A stretch of DNA of 64,000 nucleotides from Schmidtea polychroa (taxonomy: Eukaryota). The translations under genes were made by a program, and so were the position numbers. The notes beneath the pieces are model-generated. The model made no database searches. It saw nothing but the letters and a program-made list of their open reading frames with translations, and was not told where the DNA came from. The stretch is taken from assembly GCA_044892525.1 (NCBI GenBank), contig CM097885.1:11782001-11846000 (forward strand), written 5' to 3'. This document shows positions 36,204-49,130 of this stretch, one piece after another; positions within the stretch are counted from its first letter, which is position 1, and each line of letters begins with the position of its first letter.

Positions 36204-36815
36204 ATGGAAGAAGTAAGAGAAGAAAATATTTACCCAGAATTGAGATCATCAGGATATTATTCCGAAGGTCACAAAGGTTCCAAGGCCTCAGCTCCCACAG
36301 AACTTGAAATTATGAGAGTAAAAGAATTTAAATCAGAAACCTTACATTTAAAAGATTTATTAAAGCATTATAAAAAAATTAAAAATAGATGGAATAAAGG
36401 GAATACAGTTTTAAAAGTTATAGGTTATTCTTTAGGATTTGCATCTGCAATATTAACTGTTATTTTACCCATAACTTTACCAGTTGTTACTCTTGCACCT
36501 GTAATACTTGGAAGTATTTCTGTGGCTGATGGTTTCTTAACTGAAATAGTTTCATTATCTTATACTTCTAAAAAGAAAAGTTTATATAGAGAAGTTTGTT
36601 TATCAATAGAATTAGGAATCTCTAAATTATTTTTATTTCAATTAAAAGCTTTGGAAGATGGAATCCTGACAGACGAAGAAATAATGAAATCAAATCAAAT
36701 AATACAAGATATAAAGAATGAGGTTATAAGATTAAAAAGGGAGGGCATGGTGGCTAATGTTATAAGTAATAAAAAAACATCTCGAGAAAAATGGTTAAAG
36801 AATTCTTACTTATAA
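36204..36815 (+). CDS. Putative membrane protein with a hydrophobic hairpin
   Basis: IYPEL..SAP N-terminus, coiled coil, long hydrophobic segment and ALEDG.LTDEE motif. Confidence 0.7.
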   Translation: MEEVREENIYPELRSSGYYSEGHKGSKASAPTELEIMRVKEFKSETLHLKDLLKHYKKIKNRWNKGNTVLKVIGYSLGFASAILTVILPITLPVVTLAPVILGSISVADGFLTEIVSLSYTSKKKSLYREVCLSIELGISKLFLFQLKALEDGILTDEEIMKSNQIIQDIKNEVIRLKREGMVANVISNKKTSREKWLKNSYL

Positions 36816-36893
36816 AATGGGTGTATTTTTAAAAAAGTAGATCAGGTTGCTATAGTTGCTTAAATTAATTGTCGACATTTTATTATTAAAAAA

Positions 36894-37448
36894 TTAAATA
36901 TCGTTGAAAGCCAACCTATGAATCATTAATTTATGATCTTTAAATTCTTTATCACTTAGACCTTTTATATATTCAGGATCAGTATTAAAATATTTAAGTT
37001 CTAAACATATAGGATTAAAAACTTGAGAATATAAAGGTTTCTCGATTTCTCTCTGGGGATAAATAATTTCAACATTATAAATATCAAGATCAGTAATCTT
37101 TGTATCATATAACTTATTCAACTTTTCTAGATTTTTTATTATAGGGATTAAATTATTTCCAATAGGTAGAGTTGTCTTTAAATCACTTAGTATGAATCTC
37201 TTATCATCATAATTTGATAATGATACTTTTTGAGATTCTATCAAGTGAATATCATGGTTTTCACTTTTAAGTTGATGTATTTCATCAATTTTATCTTTAT
37301 GATTTGGGTTTAATGTATCTATATAATCTTGATGAGAAAGATTCTTTGCAACCACTCTCTGTATTCCTTTACATCTGTTATCCTTTAAATTAGTAATATT
37401 TTTTATAATTTCAAAAATGTTATTTTCTTGATTTTTAGTTTCCATCAT
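36894..37448 (-). CDS. Stand-alone paralogue of the pPolB C-terminal (thumb/tail) region
   Basis: Aligns by eye with the last ~165 aa of the adjacent PolB (KGIQ, NYDDKRFILSDLKTTLPIGN.LIPIIKNL, ELKYFNTDPEYI.GL). Has its own TATAAAATG start and stop. Confidence 0.8.
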   Translation of the reverse strand: MMETKNQENNIFEIIKNITNLKDNRCKGIQRVVAKNLSHQDYIDTLNPNHKDKIDEIHQLKSENHDIHLIESQKVSLSNYDDKRFILSDLKTTLPIGNNLIPIIKNLEKLNKLYDTKITDLDIYNVEIIYPQREIEKPLYSQVFNPICLELKYFNTDPEYIKGLSDKEFKDHKLMIHRLAFNDI

Positions 37449-37472
37449 TTTATAGTGTTAAAATTCTAATTC

Positions 37473-40400
37473 TTAGACCAGTCGTAATTGATTTATAATT
37501 ATTTCTGCGGTAATGCTTTTTAACATTAATTTATGTGATTTAAAGTCTTCTGGTGTTAGTCCTTGGATATATTCAGGATCAGTATTAAAATATTTAAGTT
37601 CTATAGGTTTTATATTTTGAACTTGATTATATAAAGGTTTAGGAATTAATATTTCAGGATATTGGATTTCTACTTTAGCAAGTTGAAGGTCTGTAATCTC
37701 TAGGTTATAAATTTCATTTATTTTATCAAGATTTTTTATTATAGGGATTAAATCATTTCCAATAGGTAATGTTGTCTTCAAGTCAGAAAGTATAAATCTT
37801 TTATCATCATAATTTGTTATAGCAATCTTGTTACACTCTTCAAGATATATATTATGTTTCTCTGATTTAAGATGATGGGTTTTAGCAATTTTATTTTTAT
37901 AATTTATATTTAATGAATCTTTATACTCTTGATGTGTGAAGGTTTTTGACACTGATTTTTGAATTCCTTTACTTTTATTTTCTTTATAGCTTTTCGGGTT
38001 TTCAGGGAATGAAGGATATTCAAATGTTCGATCTACTTCAACAGATCCTTCTATTATAAATTTTATTGTATGCTCTTTCATAATTGGTTTGTCTTTCATT
38101 TCAAGAGAATATTGTTTAGGTCTAATAAACACTCCTCCAGTTATTGGAGTATTTGGTTTTTCATCTTTAAAAGTAAACAACTCTCCAGAATTGTTTATTA
38201 ATTTATTTAAGGTTGGATCTTCACGTATTTCTTTTTTTAAATCTTTGCTATATCCTTTTAAAAACATACTATCAGTGTCCATTGCATGCATGGATATTCG
38301 ATCTCCAAAATGTGGTACTAGAACATCATAGTAGGCTTCATACATTTGAAGCTTTGAAAGTTCTAAAATTGAAAACCCTATAAAGATTGGTTTATTATAA
38401 GTTTTTACAGAGTTTTTAATCTCTATGGCTATAAGGTTACTAGAGAATATCTCGGCATTTTTAAATGTGGGCTTTCCAATTATCCGGTTGTACCTATTAA
38501 GGTCTTTGGATGTATTGGTCAAAAGCTCTACACGTGTGTACTTGTCTATATTCTCCATGGTCTTTCCAAAGACCGCATTGTTCAGGAGTTTGTAAATCAT
38601 ATCAAGAAATGCATTTCCAGCTCTCTTTGCTGCATTTCTTTTCAAAATATTTCCCTCTATGAATTTTTTCATAAAAGGGGCTTGTCGAAATTTAATAATG
38701 GAATGTACTTTTTTTAAAACCATTCCATGGGAGAGATAAAACTGAAAGAGTCTATAATGACAAAGGTAATCAGTTTTATCGGTCTGATCGCATAAAAGTT
38801 TTATACAGGGCGATCTATCCTGAGCCATCTGCCAGTCTGAAAGTTCTTCAGTCGAGATCTTTCTTCTTACTGGAGCAAATGGAAAGAATCTTGTCCTGGA
38901 TTTTATTTCATTGGGATATTCAAGATCGCATTCTATGACATATCCATATTGTGAATTCTTTGGTGTTTTTAGAATTTCTTGTATTAATTCCTCAGTGGGC
39001 TCTTCCCAGGTGAACTTGCCAATTGGAAGGTATTGAGTCATTACTCCTGCATATAAAGCTGTTGCATCTATATACATTATTTCAGAAGGATTAGAAAGAC
39101 CTTCCAGTATTTCCTCACGATCTTCTGGGTTTGTTATTTCTACATATAGAGCATCAGTATCTTTGAAAAATTTAGGATAAAGAGTTGTAAAATTATTAGC
39201 ATTTATTTCTCTATTCCCTTGTACTGAAGAAATACCTCCTCTAATATTATGTTTATATACATTAAACATATCAAGGTCAACTAATAATTCAATGGTTTTA
39301 TTTCTTTCTGCTATGTCTTCATCGGTCCATATGCTATATAATAATATATCCCAAGCTAGAGAGGGAGCGGTTATATAATTATAAGGTTTTAATTCAAAAG
39401 CTTTTGAAAATGTCTCGAAGCAATCAGCTAAGATATAAACATCTAAGGAAAGATACATGTCAGTATATTCTCCAAGGTTTCTACAGTTGAAAAGATTCCA
39501 CATTTTAAGTGCACGGGAATATTCCTGATCAGAAATCCCTGATTGTGTTAAAACAGAAAAGAAATCTTCTTGAGCTGGGAGTAATTCATTATATTTTTCA
39601 AAGGAGTCTATATAATCATATGGATAGATTCCTTTTGCTAGACAGGTATTATATTCCTCTAATGGAATATTGTTTTTTAATAACACATGTTCTTTTGTAT
39701 ATTTAAAATCCTCAGGGTTCATAGTTTTTGCAATGCCATCCAAAGACATCCCTAAGAAATTTAAGGAGTCCAAAAACTTAAAGCATCCATATTGAATGCT
39801 TTTATATTTTTCTTTTGTAAGTCCAATAACCTTGAAAGAGTTTTTAGCATTTGCAGCTAGATGTTTAATGAACAGGTGAATATCATAGCCAAAAAGATTG
39901 TGAAATATAAATGGTATGTGTGTTGGTTTTTTACAATTGAGATTACAATTTTTATGGGCCGCTCCTCTGTAATTATTTTCTATTTTAAAATGATCATGGT
40001 CAGGAACCTTTAGTTCACTAGTTGACTCCTCATCCTCAAACTCTTGTTTGCACATCCAGCAGTGTGTTGCATTTTTATATTCTTCCTCTTGTTCTTCTGA
40101 AAAATTCATAGGAAAGTTGGATTTTAATATATAATTCATGTTCTAGATTATTTAAAGTTTCAACAAAATGGTCTAGAGTCTCTTTGTCAGAAGTTCCCCT
40201 AAATGAATATTCTCTAGATTCTACAAGTTCTGGATAATTACTTTTGAAAAACATTTTATAAGCAGAGGGTAATTGTTTTGTTAGTTTTACAGTAGTAGTT
40301 TTTGTTCGTCTTAGTTTTACATTTATAGCTTCAAAATCACAATAAACCACTCCCAATGCTTCTAATAGATTGGAATAGTTTTTAAACCTCATATTAGCAT

Positions 40401-41609
40401 TTTTCTTGTGTGGCATTTTTATTAAAGCAGGTTGATTCTTACAACAGAGTCTCTCATGTTTAATAGCAGCAAGTTTTGAAGTTGAATGATATAAACATCT
40501 TTTACAACATATGCCTCCACGAATGAGTGTGTTTCCTTTCATAAAACTTTGAAAATTCTTTATTAAGATATAATGAAGTTTTTTATCTAACATAGTGCCT
40601 CCGGACGCAGTGCTTTCTGCTTCTGGTTCTAATGAAATGCCTTCTTCTGCTTCCATAACCTTCGGGTGAATACTTTGAACCTCTTCACCATATTCTTCTC
40701 CATCAAACTCTTCGTCTGCTTTACCTTCTTCTAATATTAAAAGATCTACTTCTCTCTTTTCATCTGAGATTTCCATATTAGAAATGTAAATAGGAATAAT
40801 TTGTTTATAATTTTTATTTTTTCTAGTTTTTGTAATTTTGGTTGGAATGAATTGATAAATATTAATTTTAAGATTATTTAATTTTTCAAATGCTGGAACA
40901 TCTTCAATTTTCATTGGGTGGGAAAAATCTTTTGGATATATTAATTCAGATTCATATTCTTCATATTTTTGAACTCTCTGTGGGTTAGTTGCTTGAGGAT
41001 GTAAGTGTGCAAGTATTGACCATTGAAAACATTTATTATCTTTATTCTGTACATTTATAACATGGTTGGAGGTGAATGGTGTATGAATAAAAGATTTAGG
41101 ATTTGGTGGTGCACCTCTCCAGTATTCAATCTCTATGTTTTGAAAAGAGTGGAATCTTAAATTAGATTCTCCTAGTTCTTGTTCCACCTGTTCTTGTTTT
41201 TCTTCCAATTCTTTAGCTATATCATTAACAAGTTTATTTCCTGCTTTTGTAGAAAATAAATATTTATATGAGGTTTCAATTTTTACATCTAGAGGCATTG
41301 CGATCGAATCATCTCCTCTCCAGTATTTTGCATTTCCTGTAAATTTAATTTTTATAACATTAAATCTTGATCTACCAAATTTTTTTATAGCATCATCCAT
41401 TGATGATATTATTTTTTTTTATTTTCTCTTATATATTGCATGATTGATCTGGGTCCTCGTTTTACTTCTGCAATTACATCGGTGTGATTGAAGTCATCCC
41501 AATTAAACTCTAGTTTTTCAGCTTTTTCAGTCATTGAGTTTGAATCAGAATCTTTTGCTTCAAGACCACAATCTTCTATGTGTCTTAAGTAAAAAGATTT
41601 TATCCTCAT
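37473..41609 (-). pseudogene. polB: Protein-primed DNA polymerase B split into three ORFs by two frameshifts
   Basis: ORFs 41409-41609, 40075-41400 (QNKDNKCFQW...HY, YCDFEA) and 37473-40139 (DHDH, FHNL.GYD, KGIYPY, YIDATALY, KLLNNAVFGK, MDTDS, DDKR). Confidence 0.9.
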
Positions 41610-41612
41610 CTT

Positions 41613-41708
41613 TGGGGTAAAAAAGCATATAAATGTGGAAAATATGGGTCAATAGCGCTGTTTTTTTTTGAGGGTGGGGGTGCTGGGGTGCATAGATTCC
41701 TCACTACT
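41613..41708 (-). repeat. Right terminal inverted repeat
   Basis: Ends ...GGGGTGCATAGATTCCTCACTACT. Confidence 0.95.
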
Positions 41709-42548
41709 AAAAGGTGATTTTCTACAATGATTTCCCCAACACGTAGGTAAGTTATTTAGTAACTTGGACTATACATTCACTGCTCTTCCTTTAAAAAAAT
41801 AGGAATAGTCAAAACAAGAATTCTAATGATGACTCTCTCTAACTACACACACCCACATTCGTAGAGAATCTTCTCCTAATCTACCTCCGTATCTCGGTGA
41901 CGTGGCATTAGATGATATCATCTGAGAAATTTCCTCTGCGAATTGGTGACTCAATATTGCCGACGTAGCATTTTATTGTTGGTGAGCTATTGATATTTTT
42001 AATTGCGTGCCACAGAAAAAGCGACGATTTCCAGCTGGTGTATGATTTTTATAAACTTATTTTGACGTGGCAGCCAATCGTGAATGAATTGGCTATTAGG
42101 TTTCACATAACAACAAAAGGTTTTGGTTAAAAGTGAACATAATTACGATAAGGAAAATAGGAAGTACGGATCTTCACATTCTAAAGTAAGCCCATGAACC
42201 CAGAAGCGCGATAGGGCATCATAAGTCTTTGTTATGATGTCCACTTTTTGCTGACGGTCACACACAAAAAGCAGTACTAACGTCACCTGGAACGTTTTGT
42301 TTGTTATCAATAGTTATGTGGAATTACGAAAGGAAATCCAGTGAGATATCAACAACGACCTGATAGTAAAGACATTAATGAGTACAGTCGTAGACTTTCC
42401 CCACTCGAAACGCACCAAAAATATTCGTGTATTTGGTGGGCATAATGCATCCCATAAACTTGTAACTTACAAATGTGATGCATTATTTTTATTTTGAGCA
42501 CATACCAAACACAACTACACTCATGGAAACTTTAGTACTAAATAAAGG

Positions 42549-43259
42549 TGTTAGGGTTGGTCAGAAAATCAAAAAATGTATATATAAAAGGAAGGCATAA
42601 CAAATATTAGAAAAATCAATGAAAAAACAAAATTAATTAAAACTTACAAAAAATCAAAAATCAATATCGGGTATGGTTGAACGCCAAATTGATAGACGAG
42701 TTCAGAAATTAAAATGAAAATTTAATAAGGGGTTCACAGAGAAGGTTAATGCGAAAAAATAAATTAATTAAAATTAATTAATCTTAAATGGGAAACCCGA
42801 TGTGCAGTGAGACCCGATCAATCAGATAAAAGAAGGAATATTCCGAGCGCCAATCTAAAACAAATAAATTTAAATAATTTGGAAACCCTCAAACGTTTAC
42901 CTAGGATCCCTGTTAGATAATTAATTGAAATTCTGTAGATAATTACCATCTCAGAAACAGTATAACAAGAGAGCTCATAAACAGAAAAGCCACCAGTTGG
43001 TCAAGAAACAAAGAGAAGCTAAGAGAATCAGGCGATCAGAGATCAGTGAACGAAATATCGTAATTGGAAAAAATTTAATTCTCGTACCAGAAAAGGTGAT
43101 TGCCCCTCGAGTTACCTACCTTAACGAGTAATAGTTATATTGAGCGAAAGGTGCAAATATAGTGACAAATTGTAATTTGATTGAAATTGAATAAAGTTAT
43201 TCTGTGTTGGGTTTAGATTTATTTTTTAAATAAGAACACTTGAAAAATAAAACCCAACA
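42549..43259 (+). mobile_element. Solo-LTR-like element
   Basis: TGTTAGGGTT...AACCCAACA imperfect inverted ends with AATAAA near the 3' end; no TSD seen. Confidence 0.45.
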
Positions 43260-43634
43260 ATAGTTAAAGAAGGATTTTCGTATAGTACTTTCTTTTACTA
43301 TACCACATACGTCTGGGTAACCTGGAATACATAAATCATCCAACAAAATCAATCAACCGTTAAAAATAGGGACTATCAATATATAAATTTTATATTATAC
43401 TGAAAACCAACTGAAAATATATTTTTAATAACATTTCAAAATTAAAAATAAATAAATTTCTCTGTGAAATTTTTTTGATTTCGTTATTATATCTATAAGT
43501 TCAAAATGAATATTTATATTTTATATGACTATATTTAGTTTTTGTAATTTTTGTATAATGTAAATATGTTATATAATTATCTTGTGTTTTAATTAAGAAA
43601 CCTTTTGAAAAAACCTTTCACACGCCATTAATAA

Positions 43635-44742
43635 ATGGATCAAAATTTAAATTTAACAAAATTTATAAAGAGCCCTGCTACACGCTTATTTTTACTCGGA
43701 GGAGGTCTTATATATGGCATGAGCAAGTCTTTTTATACAGGTAAACTTGATTATCATTTTAATTTAATAACCTACTTGTGTAGTTGATGGTGGTCAAAGA
43801 AGTATTATTTTTAGTAGATTTGGAGGTATTAAAGAAAATATTTATGCTGAAGGACTTCATTTTAGGTTTATAATTTAATGTTGTTATTTAGTTATTATTT
43901 TATATAGAATTCCTGGTATACAATATCCCATTATTTTTGATGTTAGATCTCGTCCTAGAATTGTTTCTTCACCAACTGGTAGTAAAGGTAAGTAGTAAAT
44001 ATAACTTGAAACATCTTATTATGGTTATTATGGATCACAGATTTGCAAATGGTGAATATTTCTTTAAGAGTTTTAAGCAGACCAGATATGACTAAAATTC
44101 CCGATATATATCGAAATATTGGTGAAGACTATGATGAACGAGTGTTACCTTCAATAGCAAATGAGGTTCTGAAAGCTGTTGTTGCAAAATTCAATGCTGG
44201 TCAGTTAATAACTCAAAGAGAACAAGTGTCTTTGTTAATTCGAAAGCTTCTAATAGATCGAGCAAAAGATTTTAACATAATTGTCGATGATGTTTCGATT
44301 ACGGATTTATCATTTTCCAGACAATATAGTGAAGCAGTCGAACGGAAACAAGTATGACAAATTGGGAATATGTTTTGAGTGAGATATAAAAACCACTAGA
44401 TTTCACAACAAGAAGCTCAGCGGGCTCAATTTACTGTAATGCGAGCAAAACAAGAGCGACAGCAAAAAATTGTCAATGCTGAAGGAGAAGCGCAAGCTGC
44501 AGTGTTGATTGGGGACGCGTTGACACAGAGTTCTGGTTATTTGAAATTGCGTAAAATCAAGGCAGCCGAAAAGATCGCGCGAACAGTACAGATAAAATTG
44601 TTTAGAAATTTTATTGATTTTCTCTTTCCAGTTGTCGACTTCTCAAAATAAGGCTTATTTGAATGCAAATACTCTGATGCTGAATTTGAATGAGAAGAGT
44701 TTCAATGAAAGCGTGGAACACATAGGCAAACGATCCAAGTAA
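43635..44742 (+). CDS. PHB2: Prohibitin-2, 6 exons
   Basis: Exons 43635-43740, 43784-43865, 43908-43987, 44041-44351, 44400-44585 and 44632-44742 join in frame (introns 43, 42, 53, 48, 46 nt). Motifs [46 protein letters not shown] and QQEAQRAQF. Confidence 0.95.
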
Positions 44743-45556
44743 AAGTTAGAAATATTTCAACAAATTTTTAGTTCGATTTAAATAAATTTCAAAATGTGTT
44801 GTCTTGATTGGTTGATTTTTATTGGTTGTTAATATTAGATTATTATGCTATCGATTACATAATTGTTTATTTTATTTACTCGGTATAAATGCTTTATTCA
44901 ATTAATATGTAATTAGGGCTTAACCTGTGCTTCATTGCAAAAATGAATTATTGATTTTAGGTGATTCTAGCACTTTCGGATAAAGGAAATATGCAAATGA
45001 GTAAAGCAGATATTGTTACATTCATTATTTGTTTATCGTTTATGTAGAGTATTTCAACCTTTGGATTTTGAAATACGCGCTTCTCGCCCTTAATAAACCA
45101 TTCACGGTGCGATGTGTAGAAGGAAATTTTATATTAAATTCATTGAACAATTATTTTTGAATTTCATTAAAGAAATAATATTAATTCTGTTTTATTTCAT
45201 CAATAAATAATTGTTGACAATTAATTATTACAAGCTCTAAACACTTTCAAAAAAGTTGGTACCAACTTATAGCAAATGACAAAAATTTTATAAACAAACT
45301 ATTAAATTCCCAATCTAACATTAATTAATTTTCTAAATTCGACTAAAAAACAATCGGTTTTTTATATGCCAAAACTATTTACAAAACCATTAAAAATTTG
45401 ATGGAAATATTTCCACTCTATTGCAAAATCCATAAAAACTCAAAATAAAATGCATATTGTGATTACAAAATTGAAAAACAAAAATTTTATATTCGTAATA
45501 ACTTTGAATATATTTTTATAAACTAAATTTGTGAAGTAAAACTTTGAATAAATTTA

Positions 45557-45748
<192 letters not shown>

Positions 45749-47839
45749 TTAATATGAAAACCATTTATAAAATTGAATAAATAAAGTTACAAACTTCATT
45801 TTCTCATAAATGGTGAATTACCTTAACTGTATTATAATTATATTTCTTATTCTTATTTTCGTTTCTTGTTCTCAAAAGAAGAATTCACTTTCATACGATA
45901 AAATAGCTAAACCTTTTTACAAGACAGCAGGAACTGACCACCACGAGACATCTAAATTACTTTGCAAAACCATGAGTTACGCGCACAGCCGACTAATAAA
46001 ACAATTTAAATTAAAACTGAGATAAAATAGGGCCAAATAAAGTCCGATCGATTGCGTTAATAAAATAAATAGACGATCAATATTAATCTAAAAATCATAA
46101 AAAATTATAAAATTTATATTGAATATTAAGTATAGCTGTGAGTCGCGCAGCCGACAGATTTCGATGCAGTGAACGAATGCAGTCTGACGATTATGCAGTG
46201 AAAACGACTCATAACGTGGAAGCTGAGTGAGTACCACGTGTTAATTGATTACTAAATAAACGGATACTTAAAGGCATATATACCAAATGAGTGAACTGCT
46301 AATTAATTGAAGTAATCTGCGAAATTTTTGTCAGTTGTAGTAATAATCAAGTAATAATTATATTAATTAATAAATCTTTTCATATTATCGGAGGTTTGTT
46401 ACTGTTGTCATTAATGCACGCTTGGAATCAGATCAGTAATTGTTTATTATTCTGACTCGCCAGTAAACGAATCCATCAATCTTACGTTTTTGAATTTTTC
46501 TAAATATTAGAACTAACCTAAATCCTTTGATCATTATTATTTTACGCCTAAAATCATCAGAACAGACAAAATTTCACTATTTGAATTTAATTTGAATTTT
46601 CTAAAATAAAAATGAAATTAAAAAATAACATCAGCTACGAATAGTAAGTCACCAATTTTATATCAGTCTAAAAGGGATAATGCACTTGCACATTCAGCCT
46701 TTTGGTTTTCTACACATATGCCCTCTCGTCTTAGAGTGAAGGTTGATTAAATATATCTAGAGAATTGGCCAGAAATTTCCAACATCCCTCCAAAAATAAC
46801 TTTTAAAAACTGTAAATAATTTAATCTTTAATTAGGCAATAAACCAAAATTATTTATATTAAAATAGAAAATATTTGATAATTAATCATACTAATTGACA
46901 TCCTAAACGGCTACAAATGTGCGCCACCAATAGGGCGTTACCGTTCTTGCGTTTTCCTAAAATTTTGCAGATTTCATCAAAACAATTGTTGAGTGAACTA
47001 TTACGGTTAGCATTACTGGCTTCATTTGTAATAATAGAGACGATCTAATTTTGCAAATTTAGTACATGCTCATTTAAATTTTCAATTAAAAACTGTCAAA
47101 AAATATTAAATGAAAACTTACTTAGTGTAGTTAAACGGGATAGGGCTGCAATTTAATATAACGATTGTTTTTTGTAAATTCCAAAACATACTAAAAATAT
47201 TATTATTTTCAAAATAATTGCTGAAATTTAAAATATCTGTAATTTTAGTTTATATAGCAGTTAAAAAGAAATGTTCATGGGTTGTGTAGTGCTTCTGACT
47301 TTCAAATTAATAAATATATTAATTTAATAATTAAATTTCAAATACATTATTAAATTAATTAAATTAAAATACATTGTTTTAATATTCTTATATATCCACT
47401 TTCTTTCAAACATCTACATCTTTTAATCAATAAAAATGTGCTCCTAACTCTACAATTGGAATAATTTGTTAATCAAAGAGATGCTTCACCAATATATCTA
47501 ATGGACATTACGAACGATTAATCTAGTAAAGCTGCTGCTACTACTCCTCGTTGTCAGATCACAGCCAATGTATACTTAAAGGTCAAATAAGCATATCGCT
47601 CGGATCATGGAGACTGCACCGTCGCATTTGATTATTCAAACAACACGAAATCAGGAGAGTCGTATCCAATAAAATGCAATACCATTCCTAAATTCACAAA
47701 TACCAGATACATTATACAAAGATGTGAAATCTAATAAATATATTGAGCCAATTAGTTTTATGTTCCTGCAGGTTGTTTGTAAATGCAGCACCAAAAATGA
47801 AATTCCAAATATAACTAATCTCATCATTGGGACAACCGA

Positions 47840-49130
47840 TAGTGCGCATGTGAAACAACGCCACGGGAGCTCAAGATAGTAGGATAGCTGCAGAAAAGAA
47901 ATTCACAGAATTAAAAAACGGAATTATACAACGTTCCTCTCCTTTGGCCTCTCCCCTCCAAATAGTTAATAAAAAAGACAGATCTTTAAGAATATGTGAT
48001 GACTATTGAGATTTAACAAAATAACAGTATCTGATTCGTATCCAACGCCTTTGATTTCTGATATCCTTCAAAGATTTTCTAACTGATAAATATTTTTTCC
48101 AAATCCCAATGGAACCAAAATCCATCTCGAAAACGGCTGTCACGCGTCTTTCGGACTACGAAAGGCTTCGCTGACATTTCAACGACACATTGACATTGTT
48201 TTGGAAGGTCTGCAACATTCGGTTACATACATCGATGATATCATTGTCCCCTCATCCAATATTGAAACGCATAAGCTACATTTATTCGAAACTCTATCTC
48301 GACTAAATAGATATAAGTTTCAAATAAAACTAGAGAAATGCACATTCTTCATTAAAGACGTGGAGTTCTTGGGACAGCAAATCTAATTGAATTGTATTAT
48401 ACTTTTAGACACGAGTCTAAAAGAAATTAAAAACTTTCCAAAATCAATTATAGTCACTGCACTTCGAAACTTCTTAGGAACATTTATTCCCAAATCTGTC
48501 ATTTATCATTGCTCCATTGACCTTATTAGCTCAAGGTCCTAAGAGTTCGAACATAATTTGGACGGACAAAACTGATAAAGCTTTTCATTCAAAAAAACTC
48601 TTACCATCCTCACGAGGATATTGATCGAAATCTTTTGACATTTTGACAATAATTGATCAAAAAACCAAACAGCCAGAAGACGGCATACCACCCTCAAACA
48701 AATGGCTTGGTAGAAAGATTCCATTGAACAATAAAGAATTCTACGAACACTTTCAAAAACTTACTATTGGTCATGTGGACTTTCCCTTATATTGTTAGGT
48801 TATTTTTGGGTCTAATACTGCTTTAGTGAATGATCTGTTTTACCCAGACTCACAATCATATGACATACACCTTAAAGCAACTCGAAATTACTTTCAAAAC
48901 TTAATACCATGCTGAATTCTTCAGAAAATTTAAATATCCATATACCAAATAATTTTCATGACACATCACATGTCTGGTTGTTAATAGAATGCCCAACATC
49001 TCGTCAACTTCGGTACAGTAGGCCTTTTAAAGTTGTGAAAGCCCGATGGGGAATAACACTATAACTATTATAGTAAGACGAACAACATAAAAATGTTAAT
49101 CTTTGTAAAGTTAAGCTTTCATTTCACATT
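47840..49130 (+). pseudogene. Decayed Ty3/Gypsy pol (RT and integrase remnants)
   Basis: ASPLQIVNKKDRSLRICDDY, DSYPTPLI, TYIDDII, KCTFF..VEFLG and AYHPQTNGLVERFH, with stops and frameshifts. Confidence 0.85.

Larger units (their letters stand above)
27281..41708. mobile_element. Near-complete endogenous Polinton/adintovirus (14.4 kb)
   Basis: About 95-bp TIRs starting AGTAGTGAGGAATCTATGCACCCC (27281-27375 and 41613-41708) enclose capsid, integrase, ATPase, protease and pPolB genes. Confidence 0.95.

Noticed and set aside
31059..39706. Antisense or overlapping ORFs within viral genes (e.g. 31059-31418, 33654-33959, 35193-35513, 38089-38331)
   Set aside because: Shadow frames of well-supported genes with no motifs of their own.
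41709..42500. Slightly GC-richer stretch right of the virus
   Set aside because: Probably a decayed repeat, but no motif could be recognised.
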